Assembly: GCA_964538765.1 (NCBI GenBank)
Contig: CAZIHS010000003.1
Coordinates: forward strand, 631 to 64,630
Reading direction: 5' to 3'
Length of the DNA: 64,000 nucleotides
DNA from: an uncultured Gammaproteobacteria bacterium
Lineage (GTDB): Bacteria > Patescibacteriota > Microgenomatia > UBA12405
Each line of letters opens with the position of its first letter. The stretch's first letter is position 1. The translations under genes were made by a program, and so were the position numbers. The notes beneath the pieces are model-generated. The model did no database searches and had not been told where the DNA came from. It worked only from the letters and a program-made list of their open reading frames with translations. This document shows, one piece after another, positions 19,001 through 27,128 of the stretch.

Positions 19001-20508
19001 ACCACCGGCTGTCCACATCTACCAGCCACATTCGACGAATTTCCAACATTGGTGTAAGCCGAAAACACCGGCGCCGCCGGCAGAGGACAAGTTGGAGTGG
19101 GGGAGGGAGTGTTTGTTGGGGTTGGAGTATTGGTTGGCGACGGGGTTATCACGTTGACAAAAGTTAAACAGTTATTAGTACACCCCGTGGACGGGTTTGA
19201 ATTTGGCGGCCCGGGTGACCAGCTATTATTTGGCCGACAGCTATATTCAGTGCCATTTATAGTTTTTTTAGCCACCGTTGCAAAATATAATTTGTAACCC
19301 GGGCTTGGCCGGACCACAATCAAGCCGCAACTTGCATCACCATCCGCACCGCAAGAACTATATCCCGGAAAACTCCCATCAGCGCTATATTTATAAACTT
19401 TTGCCGAGGTTGTCCCTGCTCCCACTGTTCCCCGGCCATAAAATGTACCCTCTCCCACCGTCCCCGGCACCTTGCCAGGAGTTACCAGCACCGCCCCCCC
19501 GCTGCAGCTCATCACCACCGGCGTAGGCGTATTGGTTGGCGTCTGGGTTGCAGTTGGAGGAACGGGTGTGTTGGTTGGGACACAATCTTCGTTGTGTCCA
19601 TCCCTACAATCGTTGGAATAGTTACAACAATTGGGGTAGGTCCCATTTACAGGAAGGGTTGTGTCAGTGTAGCAAGTTTGCGAATTATAATTACACCTAT
19701 TCGCCGAGCAGTTGGCCGGACAAGTCGGAGTAGGGCTTGGCGGCACCGGCGTGTCAGTAACCCAAGCACAATTATCACAACTGCTACAAGCACTAAGATT
19801 CACACAATCATCCCACCCTGCATCCCACCAACATTGACCCGCATCATAACCAGTACAACTCCCCCAAGAACCCCACACCCCCCCTCCATTCGGGTTTGGA
19901 CAAGTACCATGACCAACGCACGCAGCCCTAACCTTTCCGTTAAACAAACCACCCAAATCTAACAGCCTCAAATATCTAACCCCAAAATTTCTGGCATATT
20001 GATAATCGGCCTTTAGATCATCCGCCTCAATCGAGCTCTCGTCCCGATACTTAAATTCATAAACACCTCGATAGACAAGAGCATTTATCAGTTTTTCCAA
20101 ATCTTCCCTTCCTGCCGATAAAAAATAATCTTTACTAATCGACACCTCAATAAGATTATTCAACCCCAAAGTTCGGTATTTAACGTTCCACACCCCTTTT
20201 CCATCAACCGCCCCCGAAAAATTCCCCCCTTCTTTAATCTCAAATTGATATTTAAGTTTTGTATTTTCAATTCCCTTAAAATAAGATCGGCTTTTAATCT
20301 TTTTCAACAAAGAATTACATTTGGTCTTGTCGAAACCAATGTGATAGCCCTTGATCTCACTCTTCACTTCAAATGGGCCGCAAATTGAACTATAGTTAGC
20401 CCTGACAATTAGGCCATACCCAAACCAGGCCACTACTAAAAACAAAGCAACATATAAAAACCACCTTGCTTTCTTTAAAACATTCAAAATAAAACTGCCA
20501 AACGACAC
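16069..20508 (-). CDS. Large Cys-rich, Pro/Thr-linker surface protein; candidate pilus adhesin
   Basis: N-terminal TM, Cys clusters, PT repeats, beta-rich C-terminus; stop overlaps the PilX-like start. Confidence 0.75.
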   Translation of the reverse strand: MSFGSFILNVLKKARWFLYVALFLVVAWFGYGLIVRANYSSICGPFEVKSEIKGYHIGFDKTKCNSLLKKIKSRSYFKGIENTKLKYQFEIKEGGNFSGAVDGKGVWNVKYRTLGLNNLIEVSISKDYFLSAGREDLEKLINALVYRGVYEFKYRDESSIEADDLKADYQYARNFGVRYLRLLDLGGLFNGKVRAACVGHGTCPNPNGGGVWGSWGSCTGYDAGQCWWDAGWDDCVNLSACSSCDNCAWVTDTPVPPSPTPTCPANCSANRCNYNSQTCYTDTTLPVNGTYPNCCNYSNDCRDGHNEDCVPTNTPVPPTATQTPTNTPTPVVMSCSGGAVLVTPGKVPGTVGEGTFYGRGTVGAGTTSAKVYKYSADGSFPGYSSCGADGDASCGLIVVRPSPGYKLYFATVAKKTINGTEYSCRPNNSWSPGPPNSNPSTGCTNNCLTFVNVITPSPTNTPTPTNTPSPTPTCPLPAAPVFSAYTNVGNSSNVAGRCGQPVVRCTNVVGGPTWNWTNPNGGLPSYCAITSTKVFKNGTWSGPTPAPPAITSYGVSNLTDHQCYAVTARYSNVKGDGPWMMPVEWVEVDRSAPMPAWANFSCSYNNGPVGSEVFSATFGFGAVTDNGCAGMKPAPYHTEIAWEAGFPGGSTLTWDDAFTSHSVTNNAGTTIYGRVETSDNFDNVSGYKYANPIVLNCTNCTGCPGAPPATQTPTFTPTITPTDEPTPPLIPTDTPTPTVTAAPTGPTPTGPTATPTPTGPTNTPINSPTPTNALTPVPTSTPTPTGPTNTPINSPTPTNALTPVPTSTPTPEPGCSVWEPQPTITLNCSDRLNPIVEIVGSSGRNFMRSPNQGTGWGSVDAGVVRSFYYGVTDGVGETSFYKTSWYSGMASPIWTDTSLNPTPYYVNGQQVGELYPPSTYWGNLDFASHLVSGDSLVAGQTYYYRAKTDGGIACASSEVAVNFNCPNTNPMFQSFVIQNSGGAVVDAEVGDRNHICQPEFSPSGAMSGSDGRDRKAAFVLNVADEQGANTINRVEVSSGSNFGLVWTRSGGFSLTPAGGSLDYYEAGSVTEDSNLMELRFPVHFSENFANDSVAALSIRVVDADGNELSYPVGRSFRVWNCRVGGGGRVFDNSGQILACPSSGFTNPVPESAGFSSLIFDPIFDGFNDEGNVLTTISNFSDYSVSGSWLWGLTYDPLMVINSSTPQMRINQTVCNLAQLRVDSAVADPYTAGGTLTADFSVLLAQGAWYQAVGGGLAGGARVRNDIPVTCPLDLSCKAAFSVGAGGEANNGLVAAEQIVNNSGCDFDTCKYGSPNNWHFDGNVVEGKTDYSYFKTQFFERLGVGKTYFGNTDLSTIVGEGTKMALVNGNLTVSADNTVAQGDLLMVVVSGSVSIGQGVKRMDGVLVADGEVVISGSSSDQLVINGILYSTNSNVRIQRSYIDTMQNNISPAVVINYRPDFAFTMPAAVYRVISGWKEGR
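18077..18238. repeat. Perfect 81-bp tandem duplication (27-aa Pro/Thr unit)
   Basis: 18077-18157 is identical to 18158-18238. Confidence 0.92.
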
Positions 20509-20571
20509 AACTTAAGATTAGCAAAATTCCTCACCCTAATCCACCCTAGCCCAAATCATCCCCCTTGTTCC

Positions 20572-20599
20572 AAACAAAACCCCCGCTTCCGCGGGGGTC
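20572..20599 (-). terminator. Intrinsic terminator of the orphan gene
   Basis: Minus strand GACCCCCGC-GGAA-GCGGGGGTT-TTGTTT. Confidence 0.75.
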
Positions 20600-20629
20600 T
20601 TTATTAGAAAGATCTTTTTTATATCCCAC

Positions 20630-20920
20630 CTATTCACCAGATACGTATGGAGACGGATCTCTAAACGTCCACTGAATTGTCGTAATAGGCTCTTCTCCTT
20701 CAGGACAAAAACCTCCCTCTTTATATACATCACCCCTCTCAAACGTAAATCTCTGATCATCAAAGGTATCGAAAGGTTTCGGTAATTCAGACCCAAACTG
20801 AACACAATCGACTTGGCTATCAACAAAATTCGGAAGACGAACACTAACACCACTGGAATTAACAGCAGTAGTTACAGCGATCAGAACCGAAGCGCTTCTT
20901 AAACAATCAGCAAGTTTCAT
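20630..20920 (-). CDS. Hypothetical small, possibly secreted protein
   Basis: 96-aa ORF with hydrophobic N-terminus, bracketed by a consensus promoter and a terminator. Confidence 0.65.
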   Translation of the reverse strand: MKLADCLRSASVLIAVTTAVNSSGVSVRLPNFVDSQVDCVQFGSELPKPFDTFDDQRFTFERGDVYKEGGFCPEGEEPITTIQWTFRDPSPYVSGE

Positions 20921-20956
20921 AGTTCCTATTATTATTATAAATAAATAAACAACCGA

Positions 20957-20984
20957 ATTATATCCAACTACCCTATAATGTCAA
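20957..20984 (-). promoter_or_regulatory. Consensus sigma70 promoter
   Basis: Minus strand TTGACA-16 nt-TATAAT. Confidence 0.7.
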
Positions 20985-21075
20985 GAAGTAATTTACCAGC
21001 CTGATTAATAATCTCTCCTTTTCTTTCCGAAAATAAATATACAACATCCCAGTATTTCAGCCAACAATAGGCATT

Positions 21076-21084
21076 TTATCCACA
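21076..21084 (+). promoter_or_regulatory. Perfect DnaA-box match
   Basis: TTATCCACA in intergenic DNA. Confidence 0.35.
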
Positions 21085-21125
21085 AAAGAAATCACACCTA
21101 TATACACCTATAATATATATCAAAG

Positions 21126-21584
21126 TTACTCCACCTTCACCAGCCCCTCTCCTCCCGCCCCCATTCCTTCAACTCTGTATTCCAAAGTCCCTTTCTCTTT
21201 TAAGGTTTTTACCAGCGCGTCTTTGGCAACAACTTCCACCACTCCGCCATCACTAAAAACCACCTTCACCGTCTTTTTCGTTTTATTAATTAGCACCAAA
21301 TCATCAAGCACCTTGCCCACAACCGTTTTTTCCGACAAACCACTTTCACCAATTGTCACCTCAACCACCCTGGCCTTTTCCAGCATTCCTTTAATTTCTT
21401 CAGCCGATTTATCAGCCAATACCCCCTCGGGTTGATTCACTTGCCTCAACAATTGCGCCGACTCATTTCCATTTCTAAATATCTCTCTTTTTTGTTGAGT
21501 TCTAAGGTAAAAAAATATTATTCCGGCCACCACCAAAAGCAGTACCAACGCCAAACCATAAACCAGCCCCTCCTCCTTTTTCAT
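21126..21584 (-). CDS. Membrane-anchored protein with cupredoxin-like beta domain lacking metal ligands
   Basis: TM helix then V.I...G.S.....GKV.D.LVLIN...GTLEY pattern. Confidence 0.6.
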   Translation of the reverse strand: MKKEEGLVYGLALVLLLVVAGIIFFYLRTQQKREIFRNGNESAQLLRQVNQPEGVLADKSAEEIKGMLEKARVVEVTIGESGLSEKTVVGKVLDDLVLINKTKKTVKVVFSDGGVVEVVAKDALVKTLKEKGTLEYRVEGMGAGGEGLVKVE

Positions 21585-21619
21585 CTTCTAATCAAACCAC
21601 ATATCACCAGGCCCGTCAA

Positions 21620-22120
21620 TCAGTTTCTTAAAGTCACACTTGTCGAAAAATCCTTTTGCACAAATCCGCCCGCATTTGTATCATCCCCCGATTTCAAAGT
21701 AAAATTAAACCTGACTACCGGGTAGGGAAGAGAAGTATCACACCTGGCAAAGTCAGCACACCCATCCACCGTTACCCGACTGTCTGATAAATAAAAATTA
21801 CCACTGGCCGACACCGAGGCAATCTTCCCCGACTCACAAATCAGCCGCACCATCCCGCCGTTGGAATCCAACAGCGCCACTCCGGTTCCGCCCGTTCCGG
21901 TTGGGCAAACAACCAGCTTGTCAAAATCAGCTGAAATCACATTTTTCCTTAAACTCTGCAAAATATTTGCGCCGTTTGCTTCCACCACATCCGCCACCCT
22001 CACCCTCGACCTCACCTTAAAAGTATCAACCATAACTCCGCCCACCGCCGAAATCAAAATACCCGTCAGTGTCACCACCACCAGCAATTCAACCAAGGTA
22101 AATCCTAAATCCTGCTTCAT
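21620..22120 (-). CDS. Minor pilin (PilW-like)
   Basis: GFTLVELLVV N-methylation motif. Confidence 0.85.
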   Translation of the reverse strand: MKQDLGFTLVELLVVVTLTGILISAVGGVMVDTFKVRSRVRVADVVEANGANILQSLRKNVISADFDKLVVCPTGTGGTGVALLDSNGGMVRLICESGKIASVSASGNFYLSDSRVTVDGCADFARCDTSLPYPVVRFNFTLKSGDDTNAGGFVQKDFSTSVTLRN

Positions 22121-22533
22121 TTTCTGCCAAAAAACTTTGTAACCACCAAAGACTCGCCCACCCCCCAATTAATTTTTATCACCGCCTCAGCACAGTCAGT
22201 TATCCCAACTCCGCAGTTTGGATAGTAAGAATTATTGGCAATGTTATTAAACTCCACCGTATAGTTATACCCCTCATAACCCGACACTCCTCCCGATAAA
22301 TTAGCAAGTTGCCAAAAGGTTCCGGGCTCATTTTTCTTTTTATCGGTCAGCATTTCGGCCACCTTTTCCACCGCCTCCACCCCGGCCTTTCTTTCCACCG
22401 ATTTGCCTCTTCCCGAAAGCATCACCAAAAGCAACACCACTGTTCCGCTCAATACCAGCACCAGCACTCCGGTGGCAAAAAGCACCTCGACCAAACTTTG
22501 CCCTCTAGTTTTCAGAAACCCGTCCCATTGCAT
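22117..22533 (-). CDS. Minor pilin (PilV-like)
   Basis: GQSLVEVLFA motif. Confidence 0.8.
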   Translation of the reverse strand: MQWDGFLKTRGQSLVEVLFATGVLVLVLSGTVVLLLVMLSGRGKSVERKAGVEAVEKVAEMLTDKKKNEPGTFWQLANLSGGVSGYEGYNYTVEFNNIANNSYYPNCGVGITDCAEAVIKINWGVGESLVVTKFFGRK

Positions 22534-22990
22534 CAACTTGCACCACCCGGGTTTCACCTAAACCCGCCAAACCAATAATCACATTAACAACTTTGTTGCT
22601 GTCAACCGGTTCTCCCAGGTCGTTAACCAATTTTCCTTCCTGCATCAAAAAATTAATATTTTCCTCCACCGTCACTGTTGCCTCTTCAACTGCCACCACT
22701 TTATCAAAGTATTGAATGTTAGCCCCACCCAGTTCAACCGCGCTACTTTTTACCCGCTTGTTTCCAACCACCTCTACCCTAACATAATCTGCCCTTGTCA
22801 TTCCTGTAGGCAATTTTTGCCCCAAAGCATCGCTTCTGGCCAACCTTAAATTTGCTGAAACCTCATCTTTCGTTGACTCTAAATTTTGCAATTTAGAAAA
22901 CCGACTCATTGTGACCACTGCCCCCACCGACAAAATCGCCATCACCACTCCAATTGTCATCAATTCAACAAAAGTGTAACCTTTTCTCAT
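22505..22990 (-). CDS. Minor pilin (FimT/GspH-like)
   Basis: GYTFVELM; LRLARSDAL. Confidence 0.8.
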   Translation of the reverse strand: MRKGYTFVELMTIGVVMAILSVGAVVTMSRFSKLQNLESTKDEVSANLRLARSDALGQKLPTGMTRADYVRVEVVGNKRVKSSAVELGGANIQYFDKVVAVEEATVTVEENINFLMQEGKLVNDLGEPVDSNKVVNVIIGLAGLGETRVVQVDAMGRVSEN

Positions 22991-22991
22991 C

Positions 22992-23408
22992 CTAAGGATT
23001 GGTTAAAGAGTAGTTGCAATATACCGTCGCTGTCAAACCACAATCGCTCCCCCCACCAGCCGCCGCCTCACCCTCCAGATACGCTTCAAGAACATATGTT
23101 GTCGCCGGGTTCCCCACACCATAAACATACCGATACCTATCAGGCATCGGATCATCTGGCCAGGACTGTAAATAATCCGGCACCAGAAAACCGGTATTAG
23201 CCGGGTAACTGCCACCAACCTGTTTATACATTTCAAGCGCGATTCTTACCTTTTCCAAATCCGCCTTCCGCCTTGAATCCCTGGCTTTTTTATTCGCCCC
23301 GCTAAAAATAACCACCGCTCCCACCATCAACACCCCAACTATCACCACCGTCACCATCAGCTCAATTAAGGTAAACCCCTTTTTGTTATTCCCCTCTATA
23401 TATTTCAT
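22992..23408 (-). CDS. Type IV pilin (GspG-like)
   Basis: GFTLIELM; KARDSRRKADL; YP..L..PDDP. Confidence 0.9.
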   Translation of the reverse strand: MKYIEGNNKKGFTLIELMVTVVIVGVLMVGAVVIFSGANKKARDSRRKADLEKVRIALEMYKQVGGSYPANTGFLVPDYLQSWPDDPMPDRYRYVYGVGNPATTYVLEAYLEGEAAAGGGSDCGLTATVYCNYSLTNP

Positions 23409-23418
23409 GTTTATCCAG

Positions 23419-23892
23419 TTATTGCTGACTTTTCACACAAAAATATGTGGTTCCAGCCACACTACAGTTTTGGTTACCATAATTACCCTTATCGCTTTCT
23501 TCCATGGTGGCACAACAGCAATACCCGCTCCCATCCAGTGCGTTACCGTTACCCGGCACAACACACTGGTATCTATAATTACCCGTATCCTTTGGATCTG
23601 TCGGTAACCTGTCTATAATCGTCTGGGTAGGCGCTCCCGCCGACCACGAACCTCCATGGGGAAAAGCAGTCGGATAGCTGTATCCCGAAAGAATATAATA
23701 TTCCTCAGCCGCTTTTTGAACCGCATTCATGTCCTGAATTCGTCTCGAATCCCTGGCTTTTTTTTGGACAACTGAAAAGCTTACCACCGCCACCGACATC
23801 AAAATGCCAATAATCGATATTGAAATCAATAGTTCAAATAAGGTAAACCCACTGTGTTTTATCAGCTTCATCCTTCTAAATAAACTATACAT
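23419..23892 (-). CDS. Type IV pilin (GspG-like)
   Basis: GFTLFELL; KARDSRRIQDM; PTDP. Confidence 0.9.
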   Translation of the reverse strand: MYSLFRRMKLIKHSGFTLFELLISISIIGILMSVAVVSFSVVQKKARDSRRIQDMNAVQKAAEEYYILSGYSYPTAFPHGGSWSAGAPTQTIIDRLPTDPKDTGNYRYQCVVPGNGNALDGSGYCCCATMEESDKGNYGNQNCSVAGTTYFCVKSQQ

Positions 23893-23899
23893 GTTTTAA

Positions 23900-24307
23900 T
23901 CAGTATGCACAAACCGCAAACACACCGGGAGTTGGCGTTAACCGGCACCTTAGCTGAGAGTTTGTTCCTTCCCCGCCACTATCCGACTCCAGCTCAGTCC
24001 TAAGCACAAAACCATCACCACCGGCCACCTGGCTATAGTCATAAGTTGTCGCCACTCCAACCGGCATATAGGTCGGCACCAGTAAAGCTTCCAGCTCGGC
24101 CTGGGAAGAAGCGGAAGGATAAAGCTGAAAATCGTTGTAATATATCCTTAAAGCTCCTTTTATCGATTCCAAATCCTGTTTCTTTTGGACATCCTTGGCC
24201 CTTGTTCTCATGCCCACCAGGTTTGGCAACAGCACCGTAGTTAAAAGAGCAATTATACCCATCACCACCAACAATTCAACCAAACTAAACCCTCTCTTTT
24301 TTCTCAT
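23900..24307 (-). CDS. Type IV pilin (GspG-like)
   Basis: GFSLVELL; AKDVQKKQDL. Confidence 0.9.
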   Translation of the reverse strand: MRKKRGFSLVELLVVMGIIALLTTVLLPNLVGMRTRAKDVQKKQDLESIKGALRIYYNDFQLYPSASSQAELEALLVPTYMPVGVATTYDYSQVAGGDGFVLRTELESDSGGEGTNSQLRCRLTPTPGVFAVCAY

Positions 24308-24837
24308 ATTGGCAAACCCGGATTAGGGGTAAAATCACTCATCACTGCATTTGGGGAAACCACCGCATAACAGTAAATGTTTTGGTTGCAATAATAACCA
24401 TAAAGCGGCCCACCCGATTGGGTAAGCTTGCAATCAGTATCACTCCTATTTTCAAGCATCGCCAAAATCGCGTACTTCTTTCGGTCGGCGGTGGTTACAT
24501 AACAAAAAGGGGGCATTGAGGCATTTTTTTCTAAAGGCGTTTTCTTCATATACACGTAACCCCCGGCGTCTTTAAACTCTCCACCGCTTCCATCAGCCCC
24601 AATCAAACCGTTAATCTCGCTTTCCTCAGGAAAAACACCATAGTCAGCAAAATAGGTTTGTATCGCCTTGGACAAACCATTAATGTCGCCTTTTCGCGAC
24701 ACATCTCTGGCCTTCCGGCTGGCGCCCTGAAACTGGGAAGCAGTTATGATCGTTAATATCGACATAATCGATATCACCACCAAAAGCTCGATCAACGTAA
24801 ACCCGCCCTTGTTCTTATTTAACTGCACTATATTCAT
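24304..24837 (-). CDS. Type IV pilin (GspG-like)
   Basis: GFTLIELL; KARDVSRKGDI. Confidence 0.9.
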   Translation of the reverse strand: MNIVQLNKNKGGFTLIELLVVISIMSILTIITASQFQGASRKARDVSRKGDINGLSKAIQTYFADYGVFPEESEINGLIGADGSGGEFKDAGGYVYMKKTPLEKNASMPPFCYVTTADRKKYAILAMLENRSDTDCKLTQSGGPLYGYYCNQNIYCYAVVSPNAVMSDFTPNPGLPI

Positions 24838-24856
24838 TATAAACAAATTTTTCAAG

Positions 24857-25495
24857 TTAGGGGCATGCTGCCGCCACACACTCTTCGTCACAACCGCTCA
24901 CTCCTCCGCCTTGATAACAATTGGGGGCCGTGCAACTTGCCACCTGACTGCACCCGTTGTTGGCGGTTCTGATGCTACACACTCCACTCTGACAGGCAAC
25001 CGTTGTGTACCAGCTATAATTACTACTACTCAATCCAAAATTAACCTGATCAACCGTATAACCACCAACAGGAATCTTTCCGGAATAATGTTCTCCCCAA
25101 CCGTCTGGTATAGCACCATCCCGAACGTTATCAAGCTTCGTCATCACTGCATAAAAATTTGGACAGCCCGAATTTCCCGCCACCAGGTAATACGGCCCTC
25201 CTTTTGGGTCGCACGGCCAAACAGATAGCCAGGGACTAAAAACCCTGCTCCCGCAATTTTCCGTTTTCACCAACTCCTCAATCACCGTGTTGTTGGGATA
25301 ACAATTCCTATCACTGTAATATTCCTCAAAAGCAGTTCTGATCGCCTTTAAATCTGCCTTTCGCCTGGTGTCGTTTCCTTTATTAACCAAACCAACTGGA
25401 TTAATTGTTCCCACTGCCACCAGCACCATTATCGCCAAAATAGATACCACCATAATAAGCTCTATCAAAGTCACTCCGCGGTTGTTTACCACCAT
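24857..25495 (-). CDS. Type IV pilin with Cys-rich C-terminal extension
   Basis: GVTLIELI; NDTRRKADL; ATG 25495 preferred. Confidence 0.88.
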   Translation of the reverse strand: MVVNNRGVTLIELIMVVSILAIMVLVAVGTINPVGLVNKGNDTRRKADLKAIRTAFEEYYSDRNCYPNNTVIEELVKTENCGSRVFSPWLSVWPCDPKGGPYYLVAGNSGCPNFYAVMTKLDNVRDGAIPDGWGEHYSGKIPVGGYTVDQVNFGLSSSNYSWYTTVACQSGVCSIRTANNGCSQVASCTAPNCYQGGGVSGCDEECVAAACP

Positions 25496-26289
25496 CTTCT
25501 TATCAAATCTAACACACATTCCCCCCACCTCCACAAAACCCACCAGCCGGCCAGCATAAACGGTCCAAACGGAATCATCCGTTCCCTTTTTATCTTTTTG
25601 GCCGCCAGTAACAATATCACCACCAAGCCACCAATCAAAAAAGCGGCGTATGTCGCCAAAACTGCCCCGGGCCAACCCAACCCCAGCCCGATTACTGCCG
25701 CCAGCTTAACATCGCCAAAACCCATCGCCGCCGATTTTCTAATTTTAATTTTTGAAAGTAAAAAATAAAAAAGAGTCAACCCGATGGCCGTTAGAACAGC
25801 CTCAAAAAATTGCCCAAAAAAAAGGGCGTAAAATAAAGCCAGAAAACTCATCAACAATGACGAAAAATCAGGCAAAATCATCCACTTTAAATCAAAAACC
25901 AGGCTAAACATCGCCGCTGTTAACCAGATCACCATAATTAATAAACCCAAAAAGTCTGCTTTGGAAAAATATAAATCGGAACCAAATTTGGCCACACTGC
26001 TTATCAGCAACAATCCAACCGTCAATTCAACAATAGGGTAGAGAAGAGGTAACCTCTTCTGACAGCATCTAGATCTTCCCGCCTGCCACCACCAGCTCAA
26101 CAACGGAACATTCTCCCACCACTCCAATTTTCTGCCGCAAAAATCACAATAACTCCTGTTTTCGTTTTTCACCCTAAATTTAATTTTCCTCAACCCATAC
26201 TTAACCTCTGTTCGGTAAACCAGCATATTTACAAAACTTCCCAGCCCCAGCCCAATCAAAAAAATTAAAATCCACAACACAATTTCCAC
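25486..26289 (-). CDS. pilD: Prepilin peptidase
   Basis: GSFVNM, RSYCDFC..W.ENVP, MGFGDVKL, IPFGPF. Confidence 0.95.
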   Translation of the reverse strand: MEIVLWILIFLIGLGLGSFVNMLVYRTEVKYGLRKIKFRVKNENRSYCDFCGRKLEWWENVPLLSWWWQAGRSRCCQKRLPLLYPIVELTVGLLLISSVAKFGSDLYFSKADFLGLLIMVIWLTAAMFSLVFDLKWMILPDFSSLLMSFLALFYALFFGQFFEAVLTAIGLTLFYFLLSKIKIRKSAAMGFGDVKLAAVIGLGLGWPGAVLATYAAFLIGGLVVILLLAAKKIKRERMIPFGPFMLAGWWVLWRWGECVLDLIRRWW

Positions 26290-26353
26290 TCTCTAATCTA
26301 CCCCAAATCTTCAAAGCAGGAAAGGAGAGATTGAAAAATTTATGTCATCTACC

Positions 26354-26377
26354 AAAAACCCCGGCAAAAGCCGGGGT
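26354..26377 (-). terminator. Intrinsic terminator after the major pilin
   Basis: Minus strand CCCCGGC-TTTT-GCCGGGG-TTTTT. Confidence 0.8.
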
Positions 26378-26401
26378 CTAAACAATGCAAACAAACAATT
26401 A

Positions 26402-27076
26402 CTAAGGTCCTGGAACCGTGGTTGGAGTGGGAGTCCCGGCGCCCGCCACTGTTGCGGTTTCTGGTACACACATAAAAAAGGCAGAGGCGGTCGTACAATT
26501 GGAGCCATCGCAATAATATTCCTGCCCGGCGCTAGACCAACTACTATCATCAGCAGCGACCGTATCACAGCCACTATCACCCGGCATAAGCAATTCTTTT
26601 GCCTTCAAACATCTCAAATCGCCAACTCTGGTTCTGTTCGCTTTTGCCTTAGGAACATAACAAACATAGTTCACATCTGCTCCGTCGTTGTAGACATACA
26701 TCTTGTTGATCGCCAAAGCATTAGAAACAAAAGGCTCTTTGGCCGAAAAAGAAGATTTAAGTTCAGAAGTCACTATTAATCCACCAGAAGCACCAACTCC
26801 AGAAGCAACCCCAAACTCATTAGTTGTACTATCAAAGATAGTTTCTCCAACCAAAGAGGGTTCACCCCATGGGTATCTGTTTAAAGAAGCATAATATCTC
26901 TCATAAGCCGACAGCACTTCAGCCGAATCATTCTTCCATTGAGCATCTCTTGCCTTGTTCGACTGTTCAATCGGATTAATAGTCGCCAACACCGCCACCG
27001 ACAAAATAGAGATTAAAGCAATCACAATCAACAACTCTACAAGAGTAAAACCCTTTTCTAAAATTATCTTTTTCAT
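26402..27076 (-). CDS. Probable major type IV pilin
   Basis: GFTLVELLIV; INPIEQSNKARD; own terminator; directly after pilC. Confidence 0.85.
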   Translation of the reverse strand: MKKIILEKGFTLVELLIVIALISILSVAVLATINPIEQSNKARDAQWKNDSAEVLSAYERYYASLNRYPWGEPSLVGETIFDSTTNEFGVASGVGASGGLIVTSELKSSFSAKEPFVSNALAINKMYVYNDGADVNYVCYVPKAKANRTRVGDLRCLKAKELLMPGDSGCDTVAADDSSWSSAGQEYYCDGSNCTTASAFFMCVPETATVAGAGTPTPTTVPGP

Positions 27077-27128
27077 TTTTCCAAAAATATATAAATAATA
27101 AAACTTTCTTACTAAATTTATATGCCTA

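Noticed and set aside
20536-20853. Alternative 105-aa ORF
   Set aside because: Overlaps the 20630-20920 ORF in another frame and reads through its terminator.
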